This document shows positions 1-12,889 of a stretch of 64,000 nt of DNA, piece after piece. The stretch lies in the NCBI GenBank assembly GCA_964016885.1, contig OZ024760.1, positions 23,436,001 through 23,500,000 of the forward strand, given 5' to 3'. Origin of the DNA: Eledone cirrhosa (Eukaryota). The notes below the pieces were generated by a model. That model saw only the letters and a list, made by a program, of their open reading frames with translations. It did not search any database and was not told the DNA's origin. A program made the position numbers and the translations under genes. The stretch's first letter is position 1, and each line of letters opens with the position of its first letter.

Positions 1-666
1 CTGTCTATTCGTTTGTCTGTCTATCTACCTGTCTGTTTTTCTATCTATCTATCTATCTAGCAATGTTCTTTTTAAATTACCGAAATCGTTAAGATCTCCA
101 CCAAATATCTGAGGATAAAGTGGATATGTCCGGGATATTCTATTCAAAAGACATTTTACGTGTGCTCACAGTTTGAATTGTGTTATATATATAATAAAAA
201 GTTCTTATCTGAACACGTGTGTTGAAACAGATAACATTATAATTGGGAGGATCATGCTGTCAATAAAAAGACACGCACCTGTTCAATTTCACTTCAATTT
301 ATTATATATTTCCAGTTGGTTAATTTAATATCCAGATTTTTAATTACCAGTATTTTATTTATGTATTATCAGAGTCTTTCGATGCACATTCTGTGACGTC
401 TCCGTGACAAGTTTGTTATTTTGTGTCTCTCCTTTGTTCTATCTTGCACCATCTTGTTTTAGCCAGTGGTCAACAGAGAGACAATCTAGGTTGAGGATTG
501 TGTTTCTGTTGACCACGGGTCTCATATGAGACATTTTTGCCCATCACTGTCTTTGACAATATTTAGCTGTTTAAACTATTGTTATAGAGACGGTTTTTAT
601 TATTTTTATATCTATTCGTGTAGTCTCTCGCTGCGTCTCGATCACAGACAATTTTGTTTTCTTTAG

Positions 667-995
667 AATAACGTTAGTCGATAAAGTGCGAAACTCGGAA
701 ACCAGAGAGTCACTCAAGGTAGTGCCGCTATTTCTCCGAACTGAGGGGATCACAGCTTCCATACTATGGGCATGTGATTAGAATGCCTGAGGAAACAATA
801 GCCGGACAGATTTTACAGGTAAAACTAACCGGTAGGAGACCCAGGTTTGACCCTGAGCAAGATAGTTGGATAACATCCATGAGCTTGGCTGATCTCGCTT
901 GGGGATCCGCTCGGATGAGTTGGAGACGGTTGCTTCTTTCAGAGCCCACTTGGAGTGTTTGAAGACTCTGCCACCACGAACCATAAAGAAGAAGA
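667..995 (+). mobile_element. 3' fragment of a second RTE-family LINE
   Basis: Frameshifted translation ITLVDKVRNSETRESLKV..SQLPYYGHVIRMPEETIAGQIL..TGRRPR, typical of the RTE C-terminus. Ends in a short GAA repeat. Confidence 0.75.
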
Positions 996-1435
996 AGTAT
1001 ATATATATATATATATAGGTAGATAAATCTACCAAAATATACGGTAGTGTCCAATCCGTATGAAGAACTCAATGTAATCCAAATATCATGAAAAGAGATG
1101 TATTCAAAAATGTTTTCAATGGCAATCACATATATATATACATATGCTTATATATATATAAAGAATACTAATAAATGGAAAATATCTTTATAAAACCATA
1201 TTTATTTTATTATACCTATTTTAAGGGTACTAATATTTAAGTACGCTTTCGTCAGATAAAATATAATATTTGGTGTTAAGATAGTGACATATCTTCATGT
1301 GAACTTAATGGTATAAGTCTAGTGAAGATATATTTTATATTTTATGTGACGGAAGTGTACTTAAATATTAGTACCCTTGAAATACGTATAATAAAAAAAT
1401 ATGGTTTTATAAAGATATTTTCCATTTATTAATAT

Positions 1436-1514
1436 TCTTTGCGGGGTCGATAAAATAAAGTACCAGTAATACACTGGTATAATTGCTGGCCTTGTGCCAA
1501 AAGTAGAAACAATT
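1436..1514 (+). mobile_element. 5'-truncated SINE inserted in a hammerhead element
   Basis: GGGGTCGATAAAATAAAGTACCAG..GTAGAAAC flanked by TTAATATTCTT duplication. Confidence 0.8.
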
Positions 1515-1822
1515 AATATTCTTAATATTCTTAATATTAATGATACTCCTGATAAAAAAAACATTGTAGAGTGCTTCTAATCTGTTGTAAAATTAACTTT
1601 GTTGAATAATCAACAAACCATATAACTCATTGTATATATATATAAATATATATATATATAGTAAGTAAGTTAATTTTTAATTTTTTTTTTAATTTTCTTA
1701 TTTTACGTCTTTCATATAATTGTTCTGCATCCTCCTGCATGGAACCACCTAGGTACTATGACATAACTTATGTATTTGCTAGCATTAGTGTACATCTGTA
1801 CGCATGTTGGTATGTATACTAA

Positions 1823-1875
<53 letters not shown>

Positions 1876-2292
1876 CGTGTGTGTGTGTGGATGTGTGTAT
1901 TTAGAAAAATGATTTTTTTTTGTAGCTGTTATCAGTTGTAAATGAGTGTCAGGTTTGAGGTAGATATTACGGGTAGTTAAAGTGTATGCATTACAATGGT
2001 TATTCTGGGTTGATTTCGTTTGCTTTGTATTTCTAGCTATTTTTTGTGTTGTTGTTGTCGGTCTTTAGTCCATTTTCAAACCTCATCCTGCAATCATAGA
2101 GACGAGACAATCCATCTATGACGAAACCGTCGCATCATTCTCGCGCATTGCGTGTCTTATGTCTCCATAATGTACAACTCTATGTATATCATATGCCATT
2201 ATTCTTTTCAAGACAACAATGTTTGATTAGCGGGAAATGTAGCTGTTTTATGTCTCGACACCACGGCGTCGACATGTATTTATGTACATTCA

Positions 2293-2323
<31 letters not shown>

Positions 2324-2404
2324 GCGCTTGCATGTGTGTGTATCACATCTTATGTATGAATACATGAGTTTTCATGCATACATACATATACCTAGATATA
2401 TATA

Positions 2405-2472
<68 letters not shown>

Positions 2473-2572
2473 CATCAATACATATATATGTGCACGCACG
2501 TGTGTGTATATGTACGTATATATGCTTACGTATATGTATACAAGCATATATATATATATGTTTATATATTTT

Positions 2573-2605
<33 letters not shown>

Positions 2606-3084
2606 ATATATATTTACATAGAGACAGAGAGAGAGAGAGAGTGAGCGAGAGAGAGAGAGAGACAGACAAACAGACAGAGGGAGATGGGAGACATATACAA
2701 ATACCAGTGCAAACAGTTGCACAAATGTAACGTATTTAATTGCACTAACTTATTTTTTCTTGTCTGTTAAACTAACTGAATTACTAATGTTGAGTGTTGC
2801 CTTACCAAATACACTCACATGGTGCACACATACACAGACACACGTACGCACACAGACACATACACACGCAGGCACACATACACACATACACACAGAGCCA
2901 CACATACAAACATAGACACACACACACAGGTATATATACATAAACAGGCACACAATCATACACGGGCAAACATACACACAGCGGCACACATACACACACA
3001 TATACACACACAGGCACACAAACAAACTTACAGACAACATGTACTTATATATATGCATATATACGTATATGCATATACATACAT

Positions 3085-3117
<33 letters not shown>

Positions 3118-3139
3118 CACACGTATATCTACATATAGA

Positions 3140-3225
<86 letters not shown>

Positions 3226-3320
3226 CACATATATGTACACACACACATATATATATGTATACACACATATATACACACACAAGCACACGCTTTCAAACAC
3301 ATCTACAAACGCATAGATAT

Positions 3321-3354
<34 letters not shown>

Positions 3355-3579
3355 GTATGTACATATATATATATGCGCACACACACATATATGTATATAT
3401 ATATATATATATGCACACACACATATATGTATATATATATATATATCACACGCATATATATATATACACACACGCACACATATATATATATATACATATG
3501 TGAATGTGTATATATATATGTGTGTGTGTGTACATATATATGCATATGTGTGTGTGTATATATATGTGTGTGTGTGTAC

Positions 3580-3644
<65 letters not shown>

Positions 3645-3765
3645 CATGTGTGTGCATATATATATATAAGTATATACATATATATATATATGTATATGTA
3701 TGTATATATATATGCGTTTGTAGATGTGTTTGAAAGTGTGTGCATGTGCGTGTATATATGTGTGT

Positions 3766-3818
<53 letters not shown>

Positions 3819-3849
3819 TGCACACACTTTGAAACAAATCTACAAACGC

Positions 3850-3895
<46 letters not shown>

Positions 3896-3926
3896 GTATA
3901 TATACATATGTATATATATACATTTC

Positions 3927-3987
<61 letters not shown>

Positions 3988-4144
3988 CACACACAGACAC
4001 CCATTATATTACTTTCTTTCATATACCGTTCAAGTGTTATAAAGTTATATCAGATACGTTATTTCACAGCTCATCTCCAACATCTACATACGTTTACAGA
4101 CAATTATCCATGACGTCTCTTACTAGATGAACAAAAGGCTTGCT

Positions 4145-4239
<95 letters not shown>

Positions 4240-4264
4240 TAAATAATAGGGTCGCCCAAATCTC

Positions 4265-6650
4265 ATATCTGTGTATGTGTCAGTATACTTATGTCTCGTA
4301 TGTGTATGTATGTATCTATGTATGTGTCAGTATACTTATGTCTCGTATGTGTATGTATGTATCTATGTATTTGTCAGTATACTTATGTCTATGTATGTGT
4401 GTATGTGTTAGTCTACTTATGTGTATGTATGTATCTCTGTACGTGTCAGTATACTTATATCTACGTATGTGTATGTATGGGTCAGTATAGTTATGTATAT
4501 GTATGTGTGTATGTGTTAGTCTACGTATGTGTATGTATGTATCTATGTACGTGTCAGTATACTTATATCTCGTATGTGTATGTATGTATCTATGTATTTG
4601 TCAGTATACTTATGTCTATGTATGTGTGTATGTGTTAGTCTACGTATGTGTATGTATGTATCTCTGTATGTGTCAGTATACTTATGTCTATGTATGTGTG
4701 TATGTGTTAGTCTACTTATGTGTATGTATGTATCTATGTATGGGTCAGTATACTTATGTCTACGTATGTGTATGTATGTATCTATGTATTTGTCAGTATA
4801 TTTATGTCTACGTATGTGTATGTATGTATCTCTGTATGTGTCAGTATACTTATGTCTATGTATGTGTGTATGCGTTAGTCTACTTATGTGTATGTATGTA
4901 TCTATGTATGTGTCAGTATACTTATGTCTACGTATGTGTATGTATGTATCTCTGTATGTGTCAGTATACTTATGTCTATGTATGTGTGTATGTGTTTGTC
5001 TTCTTATGTGTATGTATGTGTGTGTGTATGTGTTAGTCTACTTATGTGTATGTATGTATCTATGTCTATATGTGTATGTGTTAGTCTACTTATGTGTATG
5101 TATGTATGTATCTCCGTATGTGTCAGTATACTTATGTCTATGTATGTGTGTAAGTGTTAGTCTACTTATGTGTATGTATGTATATCTGTATGTATCAGTC
5201 TATGTATGTGTGTAAGTGTTAGTCTACTTATGTGTATGTATGTATGTATCTCTGTATGTGTCAGTATACTTATGTCTATGTATGTATGTATGTATATGTA
5301 TGTATCTTTGTATGTGTCAGTATAATTATGTCTATGTATGTGTGTATGTGTTAGTTTACTTGTGTCTATGTATGTGTGAGTCTACTTATGTGTATGTATG
5401 TATCTCTGTATGTGTCGGTATACTTATGTCTATGTATGTGTGAGTCTGCTTATGTGTATGTATGTATCTCTGTATGTGTCAGTCTACTTATGTGTATGTA
5501 TGTATGTAGGTATCTCTGTATGTGTCATTATGTCAGGTCACCAGTTGGTGCTACTGGTAACATGTATCCCAGTACAACCTGTCCCATGGTCGGGTCGTTG
5601 GCGACTAAACTGGCAACCCCACCAAGGTTTCTTGGTGAGGAGGGTGACTTTGGACATCCTGCAGGACTAAAAACAAAACCTGTCAAAGGGCAAAGGAGCT
5701 CTTAAGAGTCAATGGCCATCCAAAATCACTGGGAGAGATGACCCCTTAGCCTTTGTCAAGGCAGAATTCTAGGAGAAGGAAAACTCTGATATAACACCTG
5801 CAACCCTGATGGTATCCAATGATGTTGAATTGTTCTTCTTTTTGGTAAATATCATCTTGGTTAAGAGAGTGGGACTGGCTTTGTGCAGTGCCTTTGCTCA
5901 CTATAAAAGCTTCACGGCACAGGCATTGCTTTATATCTGGAGATCTCTGATCTCTCTGCACTTGTCGTCACATGGTACCATGGGCCAAGCACTATGTGTC
6001 AATAATTGTCACAGGTGTAGTGTTTGTACCAGAGTTTTCAAGTCGCTGGCTGGACTGAAAAGTCACACTCGGGGGTTCTCCTACATGGATATAAAGTAGT
6101 GGCCGTACTCGAAAACGAGTTGGCAGCCACCATGTGTCACTATACTTATGTTTATGTATATGTGTATGTGTTAGTCTACTTATGTGTATGTATGTATCTC
6201 TGTATGTGTCAGTATACTTATGCCTATGTATGTGTGAGTCTGCTTATGTGTATGTATGTATCTGTGTATGTATCACTATACTTATGTCTATGTATGTGTG
6301 TATGTGTTAGTCTACTTTGTGTGTATGTATGTATGTATGTATCTCTGTATGTGTCAGTATACGTATGTCTATGTATGTGTGTAAGTGTTAGTCTACTTAT
6401 GTGTATGTATGTATGTATCTCTGTATGTGTCAGTATACTTATGTTATGTATATGTGTATGTGGCAGTATAGTTATGTCTATGTATATGTATGAATGTGTT
6501 AGTCTACCTATGTTATGTATCACTGTATGTAGCAGCATAGTTATGTCTATATATGTGTCTATGTGTCAGTGTGCTTATGTGTATGTATGTTTGTGTAAGT
6601 TTGTGTATGTCTGTGTGTGGTATGTATTTGTTTCTATGTATGTCAGTAAG
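4265..6650. repeat. GTAT-rich compound minisatellite, interrupted by the RTE derivative
   Basis: Recurrent GTCAGTATACTTATGTCT and GTTAGTCTACTTATGTG modules. Confidence 0.9.
5531..6134 (+). mobile_element. Non-autonomous RTE derivative (5' UTR + last zinc finger + 3' end)
   Basis: Shares CTAGGAGAAGG..CTCTGATATAA.ACCTGC with the LINE 5' UTR. Encodes CSVCTRVFKSLAGLKSHTR. Ends in TGGCCGTACTCGAAAACGAG. Possible TSD ATGTGTCA(T/C)TA at 5520-5530 and 6132-6142. Confidence 0.85.
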
Positions 6651-7042
6651 ACTATGTCTTACTTTCCTAACACCCCATTGTGAAGCCATTTGATACGAGA
6701 CTAACACCAAACACACAACCACACACTTGAACGCTTAAAAACAGCATACGCACACATATACATGTATTTACAGTGTAAATACTTTATCTAATTTTACAAA
6801 TGCACATCTATATACCAATATTTTTTATCATTTATTTTGTTTTGACCTGTTTAGCTTGTTTTGGTTTTTGGCTTGAGTGGTTAATGCCTTCTTGACCACT
6901 TTTCAGTTTTGTATGGCTTCTTAACACATTGTTTAGCTCTGGTTCTTATCTATTGAGCAATTTGCTAGTATCCATTCTGATTTTTGCGTTTCGCTTCACT
7001 TTTCCTGCCTGCCGAAAATGCGATTATCGCTGAATCTTTATT

Positions 7043-7083
<41 letters not shown>

Positions 7084-7490
7084 TATATATAATATATATA
7101 TATATTATATATATATATATATATATACACAGTTCAAGAGTAACCTATCATAAAGAGAGAGATGGAGATAGTAGAGGAGATATGAGAGGAGAGATTGGTG
7201 AATTAGTTAGAAGCCAAAGCGTAAAGGCATGTGCTCAATGGGCAGTATGCAGTAGAAAGCAGCTAGGTGGCTGGGTTCATGCAGAAGTTAGGTGCGCAGA
7301 GCTGGAAATATTCATTAGTTAAGCAAAACAAGACCTCAAACTTCACAAGTAAGACATTATTAAAAATTGTCAACATATTTTAGTTTGATGTAAGGAATGT
7401 AGAGAATAATAATAATAATATTAATAATAATAATGTCCGTCACCTGATCCAGAAATATTATATGGAGTAGCGAAACAATTGTAAACGGAC

Positions 7491-7655
7491 AAGGTCGGAC
7501 GCCATGCTTTCCAGCATCGTTAAGTCCCTTTACGATCTGAGTTCAAATCCCGCCGAGGTTGACTTTGCCTTTCATTCTTGCAGGGCCGATAAAATAAAGT
7601 ACCAGTAATGCACTGGATAATTGCTGGCCTTGTCCCTAAAGTAGAAACAATTATT
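7491..7655 (+). mobile_element. tRNA-derived SINE
   Basis: GGTCGGACGCCATGC..GAGTTCAAATCCCGCCGAGG..GTAGAAACAATT. Confidence 0.88.
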
Positions 7656-7782
7656 ATTATTAATATTATTATTATTATTCTCCACATTCCTTGCATCAAA
7701 CTAAAATATGTTGACAATCTTTTAATAATGTCTTCCTTGTGAAATGTGTGGTCTTGTTTTGCTTAACTAATGAATATATATA

Positions 7783-7865
<83 letters not shown>

Positions 7866-8040
7866 GCCTTGTGTGACGAACGAATGCGGACGGTTCTTGT
7901 ATTCGTCTGATTCAAGAAACCTCTGGTATTGATGTAATTATATTGTATTGCTTATTATACATTAAATATTTAGCTCTGTAACTTACATAGAGCACTCTTC
8001 ACTCCTCTGACTTTTTCAATTTTCAACGGAAACTTCAATA

Positions 8041-8092
<52 letters not shown>

Positions 8093-8282
8093 TTGAGGCT
8101 TAGTACAATCGAAGCTTTGGCTGTGGCCAATCAAAGTCGACCTACTACAAGGAATGAGTAGCAAAGCACTCAATGAGGGTAGGTCCTTAGAGTAATAACA
8201 TACGTTTAAATAGCTTGACAAATTGGACATTGCGGTAGGCGAAACACAACCAAACAATTGCAAAACAACGAAATAATTAATC

Positions 8283-8339
<57 letters not shown>

Positions 8340-8387
8340 TGAGTGTATGCACCCATATTCATATATTTATATATATGTATTGGGCTT

Positions 8388-9435
8388 GCAATCGAAAGGT
8401 TGTGACTTTGTGACCGGGTGATGCGTTGTGTCCTTCAGAAAGACACTTTATTTCACGTTCTTTCAGTTTACTCAGCTGTAGAAATGAGTTGTGACGTCAC
8501 TGGAGCCAAGCTGTATCGGCCATTACGTTTCCCTTGGACAATTTATATAGTGTTTATTTAGTGTATTATAGAGAGTATATATAATGTATATATAGAGTAT
8601 ATATGATGTAAATATTATATATAGAGAGTATATATAATGTATATAAGAGTATATATGATGTAAATATTGTATATAGAGAGTATATATAATGTATATATAG
8701 AGTATATATGATGTAATTATTGTATATAGAGACTATATATAATGTATATATAGAGTATATTTGATGTAATTATTGTATATAGAGAGTATATATAATGTAT
8801 ATATAGAGTAATATGATGTAAATATTGTATATAGAGAGTATATATAATGTATATATAGAGTATATATGATGTAAATATTGTATATAGAGAGTATATATAA
8901 TGTATATATAGAGTATATATGATGTAAATATTGTATATAGAGAGTATATATAATGTATATATAGAGTATATATGATGTAAATATTGTATATAGAGAGTAT
9001 ATATAATGTATATATAGAGTATATATGATGTAAATATTTGTATATAGAGAGTATATATAATGTATATATAGAGTATATATGATGTAAATATTGTATATAG
9101 AGAGTATATATAATGTACTATATAGAGTATATATGATGTAAATATTTGTATATAGAGAGTATATATAATGTATATATAGAGTATATATCATGTAAATATT
9201 GTATAGAGAGTATATATAATGTATATATAGAGTATTAATGATGTAAATATTTGTATATAGAGAGATATATATATTGAGTATATGGTACCAAGCTCTATCG
9301 GACAATATCGGTGGCATGGAGAGGTGGAGGCTGGTATTTATGGGTGACTGCTTGGTCTTCCTCAAACAACTTTGCCTGGACTTGTCCTCGGAGGGAATAT
9401 TTCAAGCTGTAAATACATGGTCCTTCGTGACCAAA
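8388..9435 (+). mobile_element. Second SINE family (CORE/V-like body), split by a minisatellite
   Basis: GTGTCCTT..AAGACACTTTATTTCAC..ACTCAGCTGTAGAAATGAGT body at 8388-8541 resumes at about 9283. CCAAGCT(G/C)TATCGG and GGACAAT occur on both sides of the break. Confidence 0.6.
8570..9272. repeat. 53-bp minisatellite, about 13 copies
   Basis: Unit TATATATAATGTATATATAGAGTATATATGATGTAAATATTGTATATAGAGAG (e.g. starts at 8681 and 8734). Confidence 0.9.
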
Positions 9436-9581
9436 GGGAGCTTCGATATATATATATATGCTAAGCTGTCTGAACATAATGTTATTACTCTGGGGTCTTA
9501 CCTCATCTGTGGGCTAAAGCTACAGACCGATTATGCATACACGCTAGCTTGGTCGTATACCAGAGCTTCGTCTATGCTGTA

Positions 9582-9638
<57 letters not shown>

Positions 9639-9640
<2 letters not shown>

Positions 9641-9825
9641 GCATCAACATACGTTAACCTTGGTCTTCCTCTTCTAGTGTGTCCATGTATGGGCTCCCAA
9701 AGGAGCACCGAGTGCAATGTCAACACTGGTCTGTTGGAGACGCAGGACATGGCAGCGATAATGAGGGACAGAGACCGCTGGAGAGAACTCGTCCATGGAT
9801 CTCGGGAATTTTACCCGCCTTAGAA
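9639..9825 (+). mobile_element. 5'-inverted RTE 3' fragment
   Basis: Minus strand 9639-9717 reads LHSVLLWEPIHGHTRRGRPRLTYVDA. Plus strand 9716-9822 reads NVNTGLLETQDMAAIMRDRDRWRELV. Confidence 0.75.
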
Positions 9826-9837
9826 TATATATATATA

Positions 9838-10015
9838 ATTGTTTAGACTTTAGGCACAAGGCCAGCAATTATCCAGTACATTACTGGTACTTTATTTTAT
9901 CGACCCCGTAAGGATGAAAGGCAAAGTTAACCTCGGCGGGATTTGAACTCAGACTGTAAAGGGACGTAACTGTGCTAGAAAGCATGGCGTCCAACCCTCT
10001 ACAGATACTGCCAAT
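9838..10015 (-). mobile_element. tRNA-derived SINE
   Basis: Reverse complement of the same consensus. Confidence 0.88.
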
Positions 10016-10056
10016 AATAATAATAAAAAAAATGTGGAGAGGAAGCACACGAGTCA

Positions 10057-10112
<56 letters not shown>

Positions 10113-10452
10113 GAAAACAGTGAGAAAAAGACGATTATTAGGAAGAAAGATTTTTTTTTCCCCTTTTTATTTATTTCTCTCTTTTTTTCTGGGTTAGAAA
10201 CTGATTAAAACGAAATATTTTACTTTGTGTGAAGTGTTAAGGTATTAATTGATTTATTTATTAATTAACAATGGCATGTATTTATTTATTTATATATTTA
10301 ATAATTGTCTATTACCGGATTCAGCATGTTTATGCATTATCAAATGATGGTGATATGTATTGGTGTAGCATGCTGGTTTTGGAAAAAGAGAGAAAGAAAT
10401 GAAAAGGGAAAAAAAATATTTTTCTTCCTAATAATCGTCTTTTTCTCCCTGT

Positions 10453-10483
<31 letters not shown>

Positions 10484-10971
10484 ATTGAAAATAAAAGAGA
10501 GATAAACACAGATATATACATATATATACATATATGTGTTGAACTCGTAAGCGACTTGGACACATATATGTATATATATGTGTTTATCTTTTATATTCAA
10601 TTATATTATAAGTCTGGAACAATCTATTTCCTTGAGCTATTCAATTGTAAGAGACTATTTTGAGTTTCTAACTCAATATATACCCTTGAAATAAATATAT
10701 ATATATATATGTGTGTATACACGCACAAACGCACACTCACCCTCAGCTCCTCACCCATATATATATATATATATACATAAATTAATAAAACTAATGAATA
10801 AAAACAAAGAAACAGTTCCTTATATCAAAAAATTCATCATTTTGCGATCGTTTCTAGTATATATATATGTGTGTGTTGGTATGTATATCATATAGATCTA
10901 TGTACAATTTTTACAAAGTATCAGAGGGAATATACATACCTACACATATATATGCTGTCTTCAGAAATAAT

Positions 10972-11140
10972 TGTTTCTACTCTAGGCACAAGGCCAGCAA
11001 TTACCCAGTGCATTACTGGTACTTTATTTTATCGACCCCGTAAGGATGAAAGGCAAAGTCAACTTCGGCGGGATTTGAACTCACATCGTAAAGGGACGTA
11101 ACTATGCTGGAAAGCATGGCGTCCGACCCTCTACCGATAC
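10972..11140 (-). mobile_element. tRNA-derived SINE with 14-bp TSD
   Basis: TCTTCAGAAATAAT at 10958-10971 and 11141-11154. Confidence 0.9.
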
Positions 11141-11322
11141 TCTTCAGAAATAATGATATTTGTTTATTGAAAAAAACCAACAAAGATTTAATATAATAGG
11201 TCTGTTTGGGAACAGGTCTTGAATTGACCAATAGAAAGGTAGTAAGTGGTCAAAATGGTAGAATATAGTAATGGACTTCATACGAATTGGTCACTACCGT
11301 ACATTTTGGTAGATTTATCTAC

Positions 11323-11356
<34 letters not shown>

Positions 11357-11655
11357 TCTCGTGAAAATGTCTGTTTGAATTGTCTTTTTTTGAACATATC
11401 TTACATCATTACAACATAGTTTTGCGCCCCAGTTTTACGATTGAATTGCTGATTAAAGTCTTATTGGTGGGGCTGTAGTAGTAGTACTATTAATAGTAGT
11501 GTTCATTGCGTTGTTGTTTGTGGTAGTGGTGTTGTTTTTAGTGGTAGTATTGGTGGTTGTTATAATAGTAGTGATCATTGCGTTGTTGTTTTCGGTGGTA
11601 GCAGTAGTAGTATTAGTAATATTAGTACTAGTAATAGTAGTATTAGTAATAGTGA

Positions 11656-12175
11656 TTTCTTTATTGGCCACAATGGCTGACATCAAGAAAAACATTACAG
11701 ACGGCACAGGACGGTACGATGTGGGTTTTGTGCGTGTAAATATTTTTATAGTATGGTGGACACGTTTGAAAGGGATGAAGAGGAGCACTTACCTCTTCGG
11801 TGATGCCCTGATTAACTTTTTCAAATTTCATTTGAAAAGTAAAATCAGGGTAGAGAGGGAAGTGCTCTCTTCCCACCATTTTGTTGAAAGATGGGTGAGA
11901 GAAGCAAGTATGGCCTGAGTGAGTATATGTCTGTAAATTAAAGGTGGAAAACTGGGAGATGGCACTTGCGCTGGTGGTCAGGGTCACTGTGGCCTTTTAC
12001 TGGGCTTTCTCCACAAATCTCCCTCCGAAGTCTCCCCCCTATTGATGAATTTTTCATTGTTATTTTTTTGTTACATCCTCTGTTTTTGTTTTTTACACGC
12101 AGAAATGCCCATTTGTACCGTCCTGTATTGTCCTGAATGTCTACTTTATGTAAACCCTTGTGGTTAATAAAGAAA
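11656..12175 (+). mobile_element. L1/Tx1-like LINE 3' end, with an inverted second 3' end at 11656-11740
   Basis: VWWTRLKGMK..FFKFHLKSKIRVEREVLSSHHFVERWV, followed by a 3' UTR ending CCCTTGTGGTTAATAAAGAAA. The clade call is an inference. Confidence 0.62.
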
Positions 12176-12547
12176 ACATTATTTATATAAGAAAAGAAAA
12201 AAAAGTAGTAATAGTAGTATTAGTAATGGTATTGTTCATTGCGTTGTTGTTTGTGGTAGTGTTGTTCTTTTTAATGGTAGTATTCTCGTGTTTGGAGTAA
12301 TACCACGCGATCCTGTTTTAGATAAACATTCCACCGTTCCATGACAAATTAGCAAGACATGCATTGGAATTGTTGCATGTAAAGTTATCTTAGGTTAATT
12401 TACACGGTGTGTCTCTTGTCGACATTTTGTATGTGTTTTCTCATTGTTTTATATTAGGAAAGATACAGCTATAAGTGTCATTGACATTATTTCTGGTGAA
12501 TAATCTTCTGTATCGAATGACGAGGAATTAATTCAGTTAAAATAAAT

Positions 12548-12727
12548 ACTTGTTTCTACGTTAGGCACAAGGCCAGCAAAATACCCAGTGTATTACTGGT
12601 ACTTTATTTTATCGGCCACGTAAGGATGAAAGGCAAAGTTAACCTCGGCGGGATTTGAACTCAGATCGTAAAGGGACGTAACTGTGCTGCAAAGCATGGC
12701 GTCCGACCCTCTATCGATACTGCCAAT
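12548..12727 (-). mobile_element. tRNA-derived SINE
   Basis: Full consensus on the minus strand. Confidence 0.88.
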
Positions 12728-12889
12728 CGACTAGCAGCCTTGCCAATCGAACGCCCCAACACATTGCCATAAATGTACGCACACACTGACATACGCCCAC
12801 ACATCCACACACACACACACGCACGCACGCACGCACGCGCGCGAACAGCAAAGCACACGTGGACAAACACACAGGCTACACCACATAAA

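Noticed and set aside
2090-2140. Hairpin followed by GAAACCGTC
   Set aside because: No CUGANGA core and no stem I, so it is too degenerate to call. The same holds for 7872-7930, 28330-28390 and 47350-47385.
8570-9272. CRISPR-like regular repeat
   Set aside because: Contiguous tandem units with no unique spacers, no cas genes, and a eukaryotic context.
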